Part shown: positions 1-9,150 of the stretch, one piece after another
Numbering within the stretch: position 1 is the stretch's first letter
Layout of the letters: every line of letters begins with the position of its first letter
Source: a virus
Taxonomy: Duplodnaviria; Heunggongvirae; Uroviricota; Caudoviricetes
Strand: one strand, 5' to 3'
Length of the DNA stretch: 64,000 bases
Virus record (IMG/VR): IMGVR_UViG_3300012943_000028
Coordinates: 176,642 to 240,641 of that record
Notes under the pieces: model-generated
What the model saw: the letters and a program-made list of their open reading frames with translations, nothing else
Databases searched by the model: none
What the model was told of the DNA's origin: nothing
Translations under genes and position numbers: made by a program

Positions 1-655
1 CATAACGGGCACCACGCACGGCCTTTGCAGGGTGCACGCTGTACACCTTGCCATCAATGATCTTCAGCCTGCCAGCAGCGATGGCCTCAGGCGGAATCTT
101 GTCAGCGTCAAACTCAACTTCCTTGAGCACCTCCTCATAGCCGAAGATTTCGGCCTTGAGGTTCTGACAGCGCTCCTGATCCGTCTTACGGATGAAGCTT
201 GGGAAGTAACCTTCAGCCTGACCCGCAAGTTCAGCAGACATTGGTGCTTCGTACTTCTTGATGCCGAGAAGCTCGGTGAAGTCCATCTCAAAGATGCTGG
301 TGCTGATCGACACGGTTCCAACCGCATCGAAGGCAGCAAGAATTTCAGGGAACAGGCTAGTTGGCAGTGCCAACCCCTGGCTGAGCTGACCACGCAGCTT
401 GATGGTGCGCAGCTTGTGGCCGCGTGCTCCCTCAAACTCACGAACGCCGGCCTTCATCAGGAACGCATAGCGTGGATCGCTCTCAGGTAGGAAGCTGTCG
501 ATCTCAAAGTAGACGCACAAGTCGCCAACCTTGAACTCTCCCTTCTTCACCACCAACTTCCATGCGCCAACTGTAGCAACCTCGATGAGGTCTGCTCCTT
601 CAATTGGGTCCAGCGCAACGATCTCACGAACCGTTACAAGCTTTCTTTCACTCAT
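1..655 (-). CDS. RNA ligase, DRB0094/Rnl5 family (N-terminal part; truncated by window edge)
   Basis: Not in the ORF track. Manual translation from ATG at 655: MSERKLVTVREIVALDPIEGADLIEVATVGAWKLVVKKGEFKVGDLCVYFEIDSFLP...LRTIKLRGQLSQGLALP...FPSFIRKTDQERCQN, the typical OB-fold N-terminus and FPxFIxKTDxER motif of this family. The frame is open to position 1. Confidence 0.9.
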   Translation of the reverse strand, partial: MSERKLVTVREIVALDPIEGADLIEVATVGAWKLVVKKGEFKVGDLCVYFEIDSFLPESDPRYAFLMKAGVREFEGARGHKLRTIKLRGQLSQGLALPTSLFPEILAAFDAVGTVSISTSIFEMDFTELLGIKKYEAPMSAELAGQAEGYFPSFIRKTDQERCQNLKAEIFGYEEVLKEVEFDADKIPPEAIAAGRLKIIDGKVYSVHPAKAVRGARY

Positions 656-840
656 TATTTTATCCTCATGCTGTCCAACAGCCGCTGCATGTTGCCGCTG
701 TCTTGAAAATACTGCTTCAGCGCAAACTTGATGTAACCATCATTGCCACCAATCAATGGCGGGTCCTGCTCTTTCCACGAGCGCTCGATGAATTCTTCCA
801 CCTCTTGGGCGGTTATCGGATACTCTTTGATGTTCCGCAT
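655..840 (-). CDS. hypothetical protein (61 aa)
   Basis: Coupled on both sides; TAATG overlap with the ligase start. Confidence 0.7.
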   Translation of the reverse strand: MRNIKEYPITAQEVEEFIERSWKEQDPPLIGGNDGYIKFALKQYFQDSGNMQRLLDSMRIK

Positions 841-1187
841 CAGCCTCTCCTCATTCTCGAAATTGCAACTGCATCTTCCTGCTTGAAAACAGGAACGTAG
901 TTGCTCTTGTGCATCAGCGCTACACCCAATAGGTTTTCACCAGTGTAGCGAGGTGCTTCAATCTTTCCAGTCGCACACGCGGATGTCTGCAGCGATGGGA
1001 TTCGAACGGTGTCCAACATTCGTGGACTTAGGTTCGGGCCCTTGTACTCACCAAACTCCGTCGAACGCTTCTTCTTCGGGCCTACTGCGAGGTAGTGAGC
1101 CTTCAGTAGCTCTTGCCTCTCCTTGAGCTTCCGGGTCATCAGCTCTTGGCGTCGCCGTTTTGACATCATAAGGACTTTTCTTGTCAT
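840..1187 (-). CDS. conserved phage hypothetical protein (YTG..GxAxMHKSNxVPV motif)
   Basis: Basic N-terminus, C-terminal YTGENLLGVALMHKSNYVPVF motif that I recall from T4-like and jumbo phages. Start placed at ATG 1187 (MTRKV). Confidence 0.7.
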   Translation of the reverse strand: MTRKVLMMSKRRRQELMTRKLKERQELLKAHYLAVGPKKKRSTEFGEYKGPNLSPRMLDTVRIPSLQTSACATGKIEAPRYTGENLLGVALMHKSNYVPVFKQEDAVAISRMRRG

Positions 1188-1470
1188 GCTTTGACACCAT
1201 CCCACGGCCAGGGTAGAACAGGCAGTCGGTCCAGTCAATTCCAATCTTGTAGTCGAAGCAGTTCAGCGTGAACGTGCGGCGATCAAGCTCTTCCTTGGTG
1301 ACGTAGCGGAAGATTCCATATCGTTGTCCATCCACACCAAGCGTTGACGACCACACAAAAATACGTGGACCAGCGCCAAGGCTGTACAGCCGGCCTTGCT
1401 CACGTCGAAACGTTTCGTCAAGCGCCTCCTGTGGTGAGCGCTGAAAGATCTTCCAGATCGATTCGCTCAC
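1048..1470 (-). CDS. hypothetical protein; 3' end overlaps the next gene by 140 nt
   Basis: Start overlaps the Rnl1 stop. The C-terminal ~45 aa look like read-through into the next gene's alternate frame. Confidence 0.55.
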   Translation of the reverse strand: MSESIWKIFQRSPQEALDETFRREQGRLYSLGAGPRIFVWSSTLGVDGQRYGIFRYVTKEELDRRTFTLNCFDYKIGIDWTDCLFYPGRGMVSKHDKKSPYDVKTATPRADDPEAQGEARATEGSLPRSRPEEEAFDGVW

Positions 1471-2648
1471 TCAGCCTCCGCTACCGACGGCACGAGGTTC
1501 AGCTGGTGCAACGAGTACAGCTTCAGCATGTGCTTCTCGAAGAACTCGACATAGTTCGGTTCCTTTCCAGAGTAGCGCTGCATCAGCATGCCGAACAGGC
1601 TGCCAGCCTTCTCACGGTACTTGAACACGAACTCCTTGCGGTCCATCTTGTAGTCCTCTTCAGGAGCGATGAGCTTCACAGCACCCTCGAGACCACGGAT
1701 GTCAGACAACACCCGCTGCTCTACCTCGAGCAGAGGGAGGATGTCGATGCCGTCGCCGACCATCAAGGCCTTCAGGTCGTCCAGCTCCTGAGCGATGACC
1801 ATCGCTGCGATGTCGCGTGGGCGCAGGAACGTCATTGCCCTGTGGCGCCGGAGATACCAATCAGTCTTCACCTTGAGCATCTCACCATCGTCAAGCTGAA
1901 CGATCCAACCCTCAATGTTCTCACGGGTCTTTGCGGCATCCATCATTCGCTGGATGTTGAACATGCAGAGGCGCTCTTCACCCCAGTAATCGTAGAACTC
2001 TGTGACTTCATCAACGAGTGGAACACCGAAGTCCTTTGCCAACTCCTCAAGTTCGATGATGTTGAAGTAGCGGCCGCTTACGTTCTCACGAACGTGAAGC
2101 AGGCGCATCTCGGTGTCTGGATAGTACAGCACGATGCGGGCACTAGGTGACGTGTACTCAAAGATAGCCGTGCAGTTCTTGTTGCACAGATACGTGAGCA
2201 GCGCCTGGTATTCACGCTTGTCATACAGCCAATTCAGGGCGGCAGATGCCACGTCAGACTCGAAGGACTTCTTCGACTTGACACGTGCAACCTTCTTGTC
2301 AGGATGACTGTCGTGCGGTACGATCACCGTATGAATCATTGAGCCGTCACGCTTTTCCATCACGCGAGCCACCATACCCCAGTTGATCTCATTTACCTGG
2401 GTTTCGGCACGCTCGTTGAGGTTGAAGAACTTGTGCAGTGGTCGCCCAGCAACTGACCCGTCAGCGGCAAACACAATGCCACGACACTCACGTGACCACG
2501 CATCATCGAACGTGCTGTCACCAGCGATCATGTAGCAGAAGGTCTTCATGCCCTTCATCTGCTGGCCATCACCAGCATTTGCTTCACGAATCTCTTCCTT
2601 GTGAGCAACCTTTGAACGTAGCTCTTCGATGTTTGAGATGTTCAGCAT
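1467..2648 (-). CDS. T4 Rnl1-like RNA ligase
   Basis: KFFNLNE, motif I EKRDGSM, motif III FEYTSP, motif IV/V EGWIVQLDDGEMLKVKTDWY. Confidence 0.88.
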   Translation of the reverse strand: MLNISNIEELRSKVAHKEEIREANAGDGQQMKGMKTFCYMIAGDSTFDDAWSRECRGIVFAADGSVAGRPLHKFFNLNERAETQVNEINWGMVARVMEKRDGSMIHTVIVPHDSHPDKKVARVKSKKSFESDVASAALNWLYDKREYQALLTYLCNKNCTAIFEYTSPSARIVLYYPDTEMRLLHVRENVSGRYFNIIELEELAKDFGVPLVDEVTEFYDYWGEERLCMFNIQRMMDAAKTRENIEGWIVQLDDGEMLKVKTDWYLRRHRAMTFLRPRDIAAMVIAQELDDLKALMVGDGIDILPLLEVEQRVLSDIRGLEGAVKLIAPEEDYKMDRKEFVFKYREKAGSLFGMLMQRYSGKEPNYVEFFEKHMLKLYSLHQLNLVPSVAEAE

Positions 2649-2968
2649 GGCTCGGCCCTCTTCTTGAAGATCACGTCATCCGAAATGAGACAACAAAGCA
2701 CAGCAAGCTGATCGTAGTACTCGAGCGTAAACTCGGCAATCTTCTCTGCCTGATCCTTCGTTGCCATGAACCGTACTGGAATCATCCTCTCTTCGAGAAG
2801 TGTTCCATCAGGAGAGACCCACTGCCCCTTCGACGGCGCAAAGATCGTGAGACCACTGCTGATCTCTCGAATGCGCTGGTCCCACACACGGTGGTACCGT
2901 GTTCGATACGGCTTACCCGCTCGACTTACGGTAGGGACAAGGATTTCCCACAGTTTCTGGTCACTCAT
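2642..2968 (-). CDS. hypothetical protein
   Basis: Coupled to Rnl1. Start placed at MSDQKL (2968), just downstream of a TACAAT -10 box. Confidence 0.7.
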   Translation of the reverse strand: MSDQKLWEILVPTVSRAGKPYRTRYHRVWDQRIREISSGLTIFAPSKGQWVSPDGTLLEERMIPVRFMATKDQAEKIAEFTLEYYDQLAVLCCLISDDVIFKKRAEPC

Positions 2969-3002
2969 GACACATTGTATCATGAACCTGCGCCAGACAA
3001 AA

Positions 3003-3335
3003 CTACTGGTCGAGGAACTTGATGAAGGCCTGAAGCTTCAGGTTGATGTTCCGGGCGCCAACGGGGTTCTGGCTGTGGACGGTGTAGTTTCGAGGAAATG
3101 CAATCTGCCACTTCTCGACATTCAAGCTGAGAAGATCGAGCGTGAGATTGATCAGGTGATCGATGTAGATCATCGAGGTGTCATCACCGCCGAGATCGTG
3201 ATCGAAGCTGATGTAATCTGGAACTCCTTGATTCTCGAAGATCGAGATGGCCTCTTCAGAGGATCGAGCAATGACCCACTTCCGCCCATCATCAGGCGGA
3301 AAGCGCTCATCATCGATGAAGAGATTATAGCCCAT
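3003..3335 (-). CDS. cyclic-phosphate-processing receiver domain protein
   Basis: LFIDDER...ISFDHDLG...VHSQNPVGARNI signature; adjacent to RNA ligases. Confidence 0.82.
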   Translation of the reverse strand: MGYNLFIDDERFPPDDGRKWVIARSSEEAISIFENQGVPDYISFDHDLGGDDTSMIYIDHLINLTLDLLSLNVEKWQIAFPRNYTVHSQNPVGARNINLKLQAFIKFLDQ

Positions 3336-3371
3336 GCGTGGATAGTATCACGCGCTTCAGCCTAGAAAAAC

Positions 3372-3743
3372 TTAGGCTGGTGGAGTTGGCCACACTACCG
3401 TGGTTGGGTCGGTATACGTCTCTGGTAGGTCACGAAGCTCTTGACGGTAGGTCGCATAGTCGGCCTTGAGCTGGGCTGGAATATCAGAGCCCTGAGTCCA
3501 ATCAGATGCGACTAGCTTCTTGTTGCGGATGAAGCGCAGCTTTGTCATCGTCATGACTGGAACAAATGCCCTTGACTTTACGATGCCATCATTCTCATCG
3601 AGGTAGACCTCATCGCCGTTCTGACGGGCGTTGACGAGAGTTTCCCACTCGTTGTCTGTGATTGCAACCACATCCTCAGGCATGGATGGGTGGACCAGCG
3701 TGTGGTAGAACGAAGTTGTTGATGGGCTGAAGAAGTAGCTCAT
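3372..3743 (-). CDS. tail fibre assembly chaperone-like protein
   Basis: MSYFFSPST..FY start; RNxxLxxSDWTQxxD...YRQELRDLP...WPTPP C-terminus; directly downstream of a fibre gene. Confidence 0.85.
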   Translation of the reverse strand: MSYFFSPSTTSFYHTLVHPSMPEDVVAITDNEWETLVNARQNGDEVYLDENDGIVKSRAFVPVMTMTKLRFIRNKKLVASDWTQGSDIPAQLKADYATYRQELRDLPETYTDPTTVVWPTPPA

Positions 3744-3744
3744 G

Positions 3745-5247
3745 TTAGAATCCTACTGCAATCCAGGAGATGCTCTGGTTGCTGTCGACTGCACTGTACA
3801 CTGTAAAGTTGTTGACGGTAGTTAACACAACGGTTGGAGAGTTGTCCTGTGCGTTGTCGCTCTGTGGACCACCATTACACACGCAACGTGAGAACGAAGA
3901 GAACGCTAGTGGGTAGGTAACGACGGTGCTGTCGTTAGAGTTTGCCGTACCAGTACCCCACATGATCTTGAAACCGTTCGTGAACGTGATGTAGCCGGTA
4001 CCGCTGTTGAGCGTGGCTGACACAGCAAGCGGTGCTGAACCGTTTGCGATGCTGGTGATTCTACCGAAGTTGTCAACGTTGAGGTTGACTGGGTTTGCAT
4101 ACGCACCACCGATACCGAAGTTCGGCATTGCGATGCTGATCGTGCCAGTGCTGGTGATTGGACCGCCAGTAACGTTGAGCTGACCAGAAGAGATGTTGAC
4201 TGACGTAACGGGCGTGTTTGCGGCTGCAGAGGTAACACGACCCTTTGCATCAACTATGATCGTTGCATAGCCGTACGTGCCTGGCGTTACGCCTGAGGCG
4301 GCAAGCGTTGCAGCAAATGAACCAGTTCCAGAGCCGGTGACATCACCTGTAAGTGTGATCGTCTGGTCGCCAGTGTTGGTACCTGACGATGAACCCGAGA
4401 TGTTGCTTGCTGTGATCGTGCCAGACAACGAGATCGAAGTTGCGCTAGCGGCTGCAGTGATGCGACCCTTCGAATCGACAGTGATGTTTGCTGCGTTGTA
4501 GGAACCAGCCGTAACACCGCTGTTTGCAAGGGTTGTTGCGAACGTGCCTGTACCACCACCAGTTACGTCACCAGTGAGGATGATAGTCTGGTCACCAGTG
4601 TTGGTGCCAGTGATCGTACCAGAGATGTTGCTGCCTGTGACAGTGCCTGATGCAGCGACAGATGTAGGAGTGATTGCACCCAGACCGATGGTGAGGGCTG
4701 GAGTCGTCGTTGGGTTGAGAACTGAAACCGAAACACCGTTGTTTCCAGTGGCGCCAAATGAAGTTACTGCCGGACCATCAGCCGCCGCAGTGACACGACC
4801 TTGCGCATCTACGGTAATGTTGGCACGAATATACGCACCGGCGGTTACGCCCGTGTTTGGAAGGTTGATCGTGATGTTGCCAGCAGACGTGATTGGAGAA
4901 CCTGAAACGCCAATAGTGCTTGACGTGATGCCAATCGAAGTTACTGTACCACCTGCGCTGTCGACGCCATACCAGAAACCGTCGGCCTTGTAGACCTTGA
5001 GAAGCTCGTTGGCAGAATCGTACCAAATCTGGCCGACAGTTGGGTACGATGGAGAGTCTTGAGAAGCAAAGTTCTCAAGCATGCGAATGAAGTTTTCCTG
5101 CTGGTACTCGCCAAAGCCGTTGACGTTCTTACCAGTCAGAACGAGTGAGGTGGCAGTAGACACGATCGCCTTGTCGGCAACAGTGATCGCTCCCTTGTTC
5201 GGGATGCCTTCGAGGTTGTTACTGGTCCAGTCTACTGTGTATGGCAT
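3745..5247 (-). CDS. virion fibre / tail-associated structural protein
   Basis: N-terminal LxLTGKN..G...QENFIRMLENFA...PTVGQIWYD anchor; repeated GVTAGxYxxANITVDxxGRVTAA units; a duplicated ~65-aa TGDQTIxLTGDVTG block; C-terminal GYITFTNGFKIMWG..YPLAFS tip domain. Confidence 0.8.
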   Translation of the reverse strand: MPYTVDWTSNNLEGIPNKGAITVADKAIVSTATSLVLTGKNVNGFGEYQQENFIRMLENFASQDSPSYPTVGQIWYDSANELLKVYKADGFWYGVDSAGGTVTSIGITSSTIGVSGSPITSAGNITINLPNTGVTAGAYIRANITVDAQGRVTAAADGPAVTSFGATGNNGVSVSVLNPTTTPALTIGLGAITPTSVAASGTVTGSNISGTITGTNTGDQTIILTGDVTGGGTGTFATTLANSGVTAGSYNAANITVDSKGRITAAASATSISLSGTITASNISGSSSGTNTGDQTITLTGDVTGSGTGSFAATLAASGVTPGTYGYATIIVDAKGRVTSAAANTPVTSVNISSGQLNVTGGPITSTGTISIAMPNFGIGGAYANPVNLNVDNFGRITSIANGSAPLAVSATLNSGTGYITFTNGFKIMWGTGTANSNDSTVVTYPLAFSSFSRCVCNGGPQSDNAQDNSPTVVLTTVNNFTVYSAVDSNQSISWIAVGF

Positions 5248-5285
5248 GGCTCGGCTCTATCCGCTAGATGGACTATTTAGTGATT

Positions 5286-6776
5286 CTAGAACACCTTGAC
5301 GCCGTACTTGGCCTGCCATCTGTCTGCGTCCTCAACCGAGTTCACCAGCGGTTCTCCCTTGATGTTGAGGGAGGTGTTGAGGAGGACTGGGCAACCTGTT
5401 CTTTCGTACCACTTCTCAAGGATGGCCCTCAAGATTGGAGATTCCTCGTCCACAGTCTGAACTCTGGCCGAGTTGTCGATGTGGGCAATGGCAGGAAGTT
5501 CCTCAGGCTTGAGCACCTTAACGACGTACTGCATGTATGGGGCAGCCGTCACTGTCTCTGGAAACTGGAAGTAAGTTGTGGCATGCTCCTTGAGAACGGC
5601 TGGAGCAAACGGCCTGAATTTCTGGCGGTGCTTGATCTCGTTAACCTTGTCCTTCATGTCTGCCCTGCGTGGGTCAGCAAGAAGCGAGCGGTTTCCTAGG
5701 GCGCGTGGGCCAAATTCGGCCTTACCGCTTGCGATGCCGCAGATACCAGTCGTGAGCAGCTCGTTAATGACGGCGTCGATATCCAGAGGCCGCTTTATCT
5801 CGTGACCGAGGAATGGTCCCTTCCACTTCAGCTGCTCACCAATATAGAACGCAGCAGCACCAAGAGAGTTGCCGGCGTCGCCAGGATTTGGCATGATCCA
5901 GGTTTTGTCGAACAACTGCGCAACGTATGAGTTAGCGACACAGTTCAGCGCCACACCGCCAGAGTAGACAAGGTTTCGGCTCTTCACCATTGTGGCTGCC
6001 TTGAACATCAGGCGGCCAATGTGTGCTTCGACTATCTTCTGCGCCGCAAGCGCAATTGAGAACCTACCAATTTCTGTGAAGCAAAGACCTTTGAGGGTTG
6101 TGTCATGCCTGACACCCTTATGGAAGTTGAAGCTCTGGTTGATGACGTTCTTGTCGCTCTTGAAGTACGTCGCCACGATGTACTGAACGATGTCTAGCGC
6201 AAGTGTTTCATCACCATACGCAGCCATTCCCATGAGGATGTACTCCTCCTCATTTGGCTTCAACCCAACAAGGTCTGTCATGGCGCTGTAGAACAGGCCA
6301 ATAGAATCCGGGTACTTGAGCTCCCACTTCTTTACTATGGAATCACCACGCCCTTCCCAGATGGAGGCCGTCGTGACCTCGCCTATTGCGTCAATGACAA
6401 GAATTGCTGCATCACTGAAGCCACTAGTGAAGTAACCGCCTGCGGCGTGCGAGCCATGGTGATCTGAGTAGATGACAGAGATGTCTTTACCAAGCCACTC
6501 GCTCAGGTACTTCTTAGGAGACTTTTCAAGGAGCAGCTTGTACTGACCGCTAAGAAGGTAGCGCAGCTTTCTGCCCCACGGGTTTTCAAACCACACGATC
6601 TTGTTAGGGATTCCAAACTGCAGAGCATCTTCAACGAGCTGCCAGTTTAGCTCAGTGTCGTTCTTCGTGCGGCTATACCGCTCAGAGTGACCAGCGAACA
6701 GAATCTCCTTTGACTCTGAATCCACGACAGAGATGGAGGCGTCGTGGTTCATTGCGTTTACGCCCCACACGATCAT
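5286..6776 (-). CDS. carbamoyltransferase, NodU/CmcH/TobZ family
   Basis: NHDAS, HHGSHAA, VIDAIGE and SGGVALNC (Kae1-like); AEFGPRALGNRSLLADPR, RQKFRPFAP and LLNTSLNIKGEP (YrdC-like). Confidence 0.95.
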   Translation of the reverse strand: MIVWGVNAMNHDASISVVDSESKEILFAGHSERYSRTKNDTELNWQLVEDALQFGIPNKIVWFENPWGRKLRYLLSGQYKLLLEKSPKKYLSEWLGKDISVIYSDHHGSHAAGGYFTSGFSDAAILVIDAIGEVTTASIWEGRGDSIVKKWELKYPDSIGLFYSAMTDLVGLKPNEEEYILMGMAAYGDETLALDIVQYIVATYFKSDKNVINQSFNFHKGVRHDTTLKGLCFTEIGRFSIALAAQKIVEAHIGRLMFKAATMVKSRNLVYSGGVALNCVANSYVAQLFDKTWIMPNPGDAGNSLGAAAFYIGEQLKWKGPFLGHEIKRPLDIDAVINELLTTGICGIASGKAEFGPRALGNRSLLADPRRADMKDKVNEIKHRQKFRPFAPAVLKEHATTYFQFPETVTAAPYMQYVVKVLKPEELPAIAHIDNSARVQTVDEESPILRAILEKWYERTGCPVLLNTSLNIKGEPLVNSVEDADRWQAKYGVKVF

Positions 6777-8185
6777 GAAGCGAGCCTCTTGTCCCTGATC
6801 TCCTTGCCGATCTTGTAGGTAGTCTCAAGCTCTGGGAACGTGGCGAGGAAGTTGGTGCTACGACGGCGATCATACTCATCAAAGAACCCCACCATCGCAT
6901 CGAGCTGCTGCGGGTCTGGTGGGACCGAGTTCATGAAGTCCACGAGGCGCGAGATGCGATCTGCTTCCTCAATGGTCATGATGTTGTTGGCATCTGGATC
7001 ACGGTCAGTGCGATGCTTCTTGATGCTTGTTGCCATGCGAGCTGCAAAGCGGCGCTTGCCCTCTTCATCGAGAAGGGTGATGGACATGTGACGCGGCCAA
7101 CGGAGGTAGGCAACGTCGTAGCCAACCCTGCGACGGTGTGGGCGACCACCATACGCGAGGCGCAGCTCACCGATCCAGTCGATGAACCAATCAAACTTTG
7201 GTACGGACAGAATGTTAACAGTCGTCATCACCTGCATGCGCACGGCTGGTGGCGTGTTCTCGAGGAAGTAGTTGATGTTGTCATTGAACAGCTGCCAGTC
7301 AAGACCGAAGCGTGAGTACTCGAGCTGTTCACCTACAGATTCTGCAGACGTGTAGATCACGATCTCTCTGATCTTTCCATGCAGCTGGTTGATCTTGCTG
7401 CACAGCTTTTCGATCAGCTTCTTTGGCACACCCATGTTCGTGTTGATGCCGATCTTGAAGTCAGGGCGTGGGTTCTCAATGACGTAGTCAAGAATCTTCC
7501 ACGTGTTTTCAGACAACAGCGGCTCGCCGCCAGTAATGCGGAACGTGTCGAGAGACTTGTACAGCTCAGGCCACCATTCCCAGAATGCATCGATGTATGG
7601 ATTCTGTTCCTTCCAATGGATTGGGAAGCGGCCTGCCTTCTTCATCCACTCTAGGTCGTGATGAGTACCACCGTCTGGCATCTTGTAGCCGCCGTGCTTC
7701 TCAACCTCTTCCATCCAGCGTGAGCTGACATCAGGTGAGCAGTATGAGCACTTGAAGTTGCAGACATTCTCAAAGGCAACCTCGAGGTAGGCGGGAGCGA
7801 TGCTCTCACCGAGACCTGATGCCAGCACGTCATCGAACTTCTGCCAGATTCCCATGCCCTCGTTTGCAGACTTGTAGTGGCGGTCTGAGAAGTGTTCCTC
7901 AGGAAGGTTCTCGATGTTCCAGCAGTAGTCGCACTCCTTCGTCTGAATACCATTGAGCATGTCATCGCGTGCAGCGAGCTTCGTAGGTGTGTTGTGAAGA
8001 CCGCGTGGGTTTGCCTTGATGTCCTCAACCTTGATCTTGTGGGCCGACGGGTGGTGGCACGAATGTGTGAAGCCGTTGTAGAGCGTCGTGGTAGACTGTA
8101 GCCACTTAGCAAGGCAGAACGAACCGCTGACTGAGTTCAGCTTCGATACGCGTTCCTTCAGGATTTTCAGGTGTTCTTCGTTCAT
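6773..8185 (-). CDS. radical SAM protein with extra Cys motifs
   Basis: CNFKCSYC (CxxxCxxC) and ITGGEPLL; N-terminal FCLAKW..SCHH..CDYCW suggests an auxiliary cluster. Confidence 0.92.
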   Translation of the reverse strand: MNEEHLKILKERVSKLNSVSGSFCLAKWLQSTTTLYNGFTHSCHHPSAHKIKVEDIKANPRGLHNTPTKLAARDDMLNGIQTKECDYCWNIENLPEEHFSDRHYKSANEGMGIWQKFDDVLASGLGESIAPAYLEVAFENVCNFKCSYCSPDVSSRWMEEVEKHGGYKMPDGGTHHDLEWMKKAGRFPIHWKEQNPYIDAFWEWWPELYKSLDTFRITGGEPLLSENTWKILDYVIENPRPDFKIGINTNMGVPKKLIEKLCSKINQLHGKIREIVIYTSAESVGEQLEYSRFGLDWQLFNDNINYFLENTPPAVRMQVMTTVNILSVPKFDWFIDWIGELRLAYGGRPHRRRVGYDVAYLRWPRHMSITLLDEEGKRRFAARMATSIKKHRTDRDPDANNIMTIEEADRISRLVDFMNSVPPDPQQLDAMVGFFDEYDRRRSTNFLATFPELETTYKIGKEIRDKRLAS

Positions 8186-9150
8186 TTGTCAGCCTCGATC
8201 TCAGTCACAATCGGATTGTGCGTGCGCTTTGGTGCCTCATACACTTCTTTGAAGAACGCCGACTGCTGTGCGTTCATGTCAGCTATCTTCAGTCCGAGGT
8301 TCTTGTAGAGAGTGTCAAGCAGCTTGGTGCTTTCTGCTTGGAGAACCTTTTCATCCCATATGAGACCAGTACGGCGACACTTCTGAGAGCCGTCACCGAC
8401 AAAGCGCTGCGCAACGGCAGGACCATTGAAGTACTGCTTGAACCAGTCGTAGTCGGAGATCAGTGAGATGTCAAAGTTCTTGTCGATGTTTGCGGCAAAG
8501 ATGCCGAGGCGGGTGCCGTAGATCGACCAAAGACCATTCTCAACGTCCGCACCAACAGACGCCCAAATCAGAAGGCGCTTGAAGTTCTTTTCATGTAGGT
8601 GCTTTGCAATGACACCATCACCTGCCGCCTTACCACGGTCAAGCGTCATCTTGACACCCTCACGAAAGCCAGCTCTAAATGCCTGGAACGGTGAGCCGTT
8701 CGGACAGGTATCTGAGTAGAGGTTGTTAAGCTGAATGTACTTGTCGTCCCAGCAGAAGTCCACCTTCTCAGCATCCGAACTCGCATTTTCATGCGTGCGC
8801 ATGCCGAGAACGAATGACTTAGTCCACAGCTTGAGACCACCATTGCCGTAGCATAGGCCATTGATGACGTTGCGCCCAGCCCAGCTGAGCGAGCAATCCC
8901 TGAAGCGATCAGGAATGTCTAGCTCGAGATCAAAGAAGTGTGGGTAGACGATATTATCGCCATCGACCGTGATAAAGCGCTCTGTCTCAGAGGCCATGGC
9001 ACAGGCCTTATGTGCGCTGTCAAAGCCCTTGACACCATCAACACGTTTGGCCCATGGAGCTAGCTCTAGAAGCTTGCCCCAAAATTCTTCTTTCTGTGGT
9101 TCATCGTACGAGAGATAGAAGATGTCGAACTCAGTAATTGCTTGCTTCAT
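8182..9150 (-). CDS. putative GT-A fold glycosyltransferase
   Basis: FYLSYDEP, VDGVKGFDSAHKACA, DxD-like TVDGDN, YGNGGLKLW. Start placed at MKQAITE. Confidence 0.62.
   Translation of the reverse strand: MKQAITEFDIFYLSYDEPQKEEFWGKLLELAPWAKRVDGVKGFDSAHKACAMASETERFITVDGDNIVYPHFFDLELDIPDRFRDCSLSWAGRNVINGLCYGNGGLKLWTKSFVLGMRTHENASSDAEKVDFCWDDKYIQLNNLYSDTCPNGSPFQAFRAGFREGVKMTLDRGKAAGDGVIAKHLHEKNFKRLLIWASVGADVENGLWSIYGTRLGIFAANIDKNFDISLISDYDWFKQYFNGPAVAQRFVGDGSQKCRRTGLIWDEKVLQAESTKLLDTLYKNLGLKIADMNAQQSAFFKEVYEAPKRTHNPIVTEIEADK

Noticed and set aside
997-1007. GTTCGAATCCC on the minus strand, matching the tRNA T-loop consensus
   Set aside because: The flanks do not form a T-stem or acceptor stem, and it lies in-frame within the 840-1187 CDS (VRIP).
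32-3365. Long plus-strand ORFs (32-490, 1344-2150, 2438-3022, 2766-3365) and similar ones such as 36977-37816 and 41902-42513
   Set aside because: Antisense shadows of well-supported minus-strand genes, with no motifs or ribosome-binding sites.
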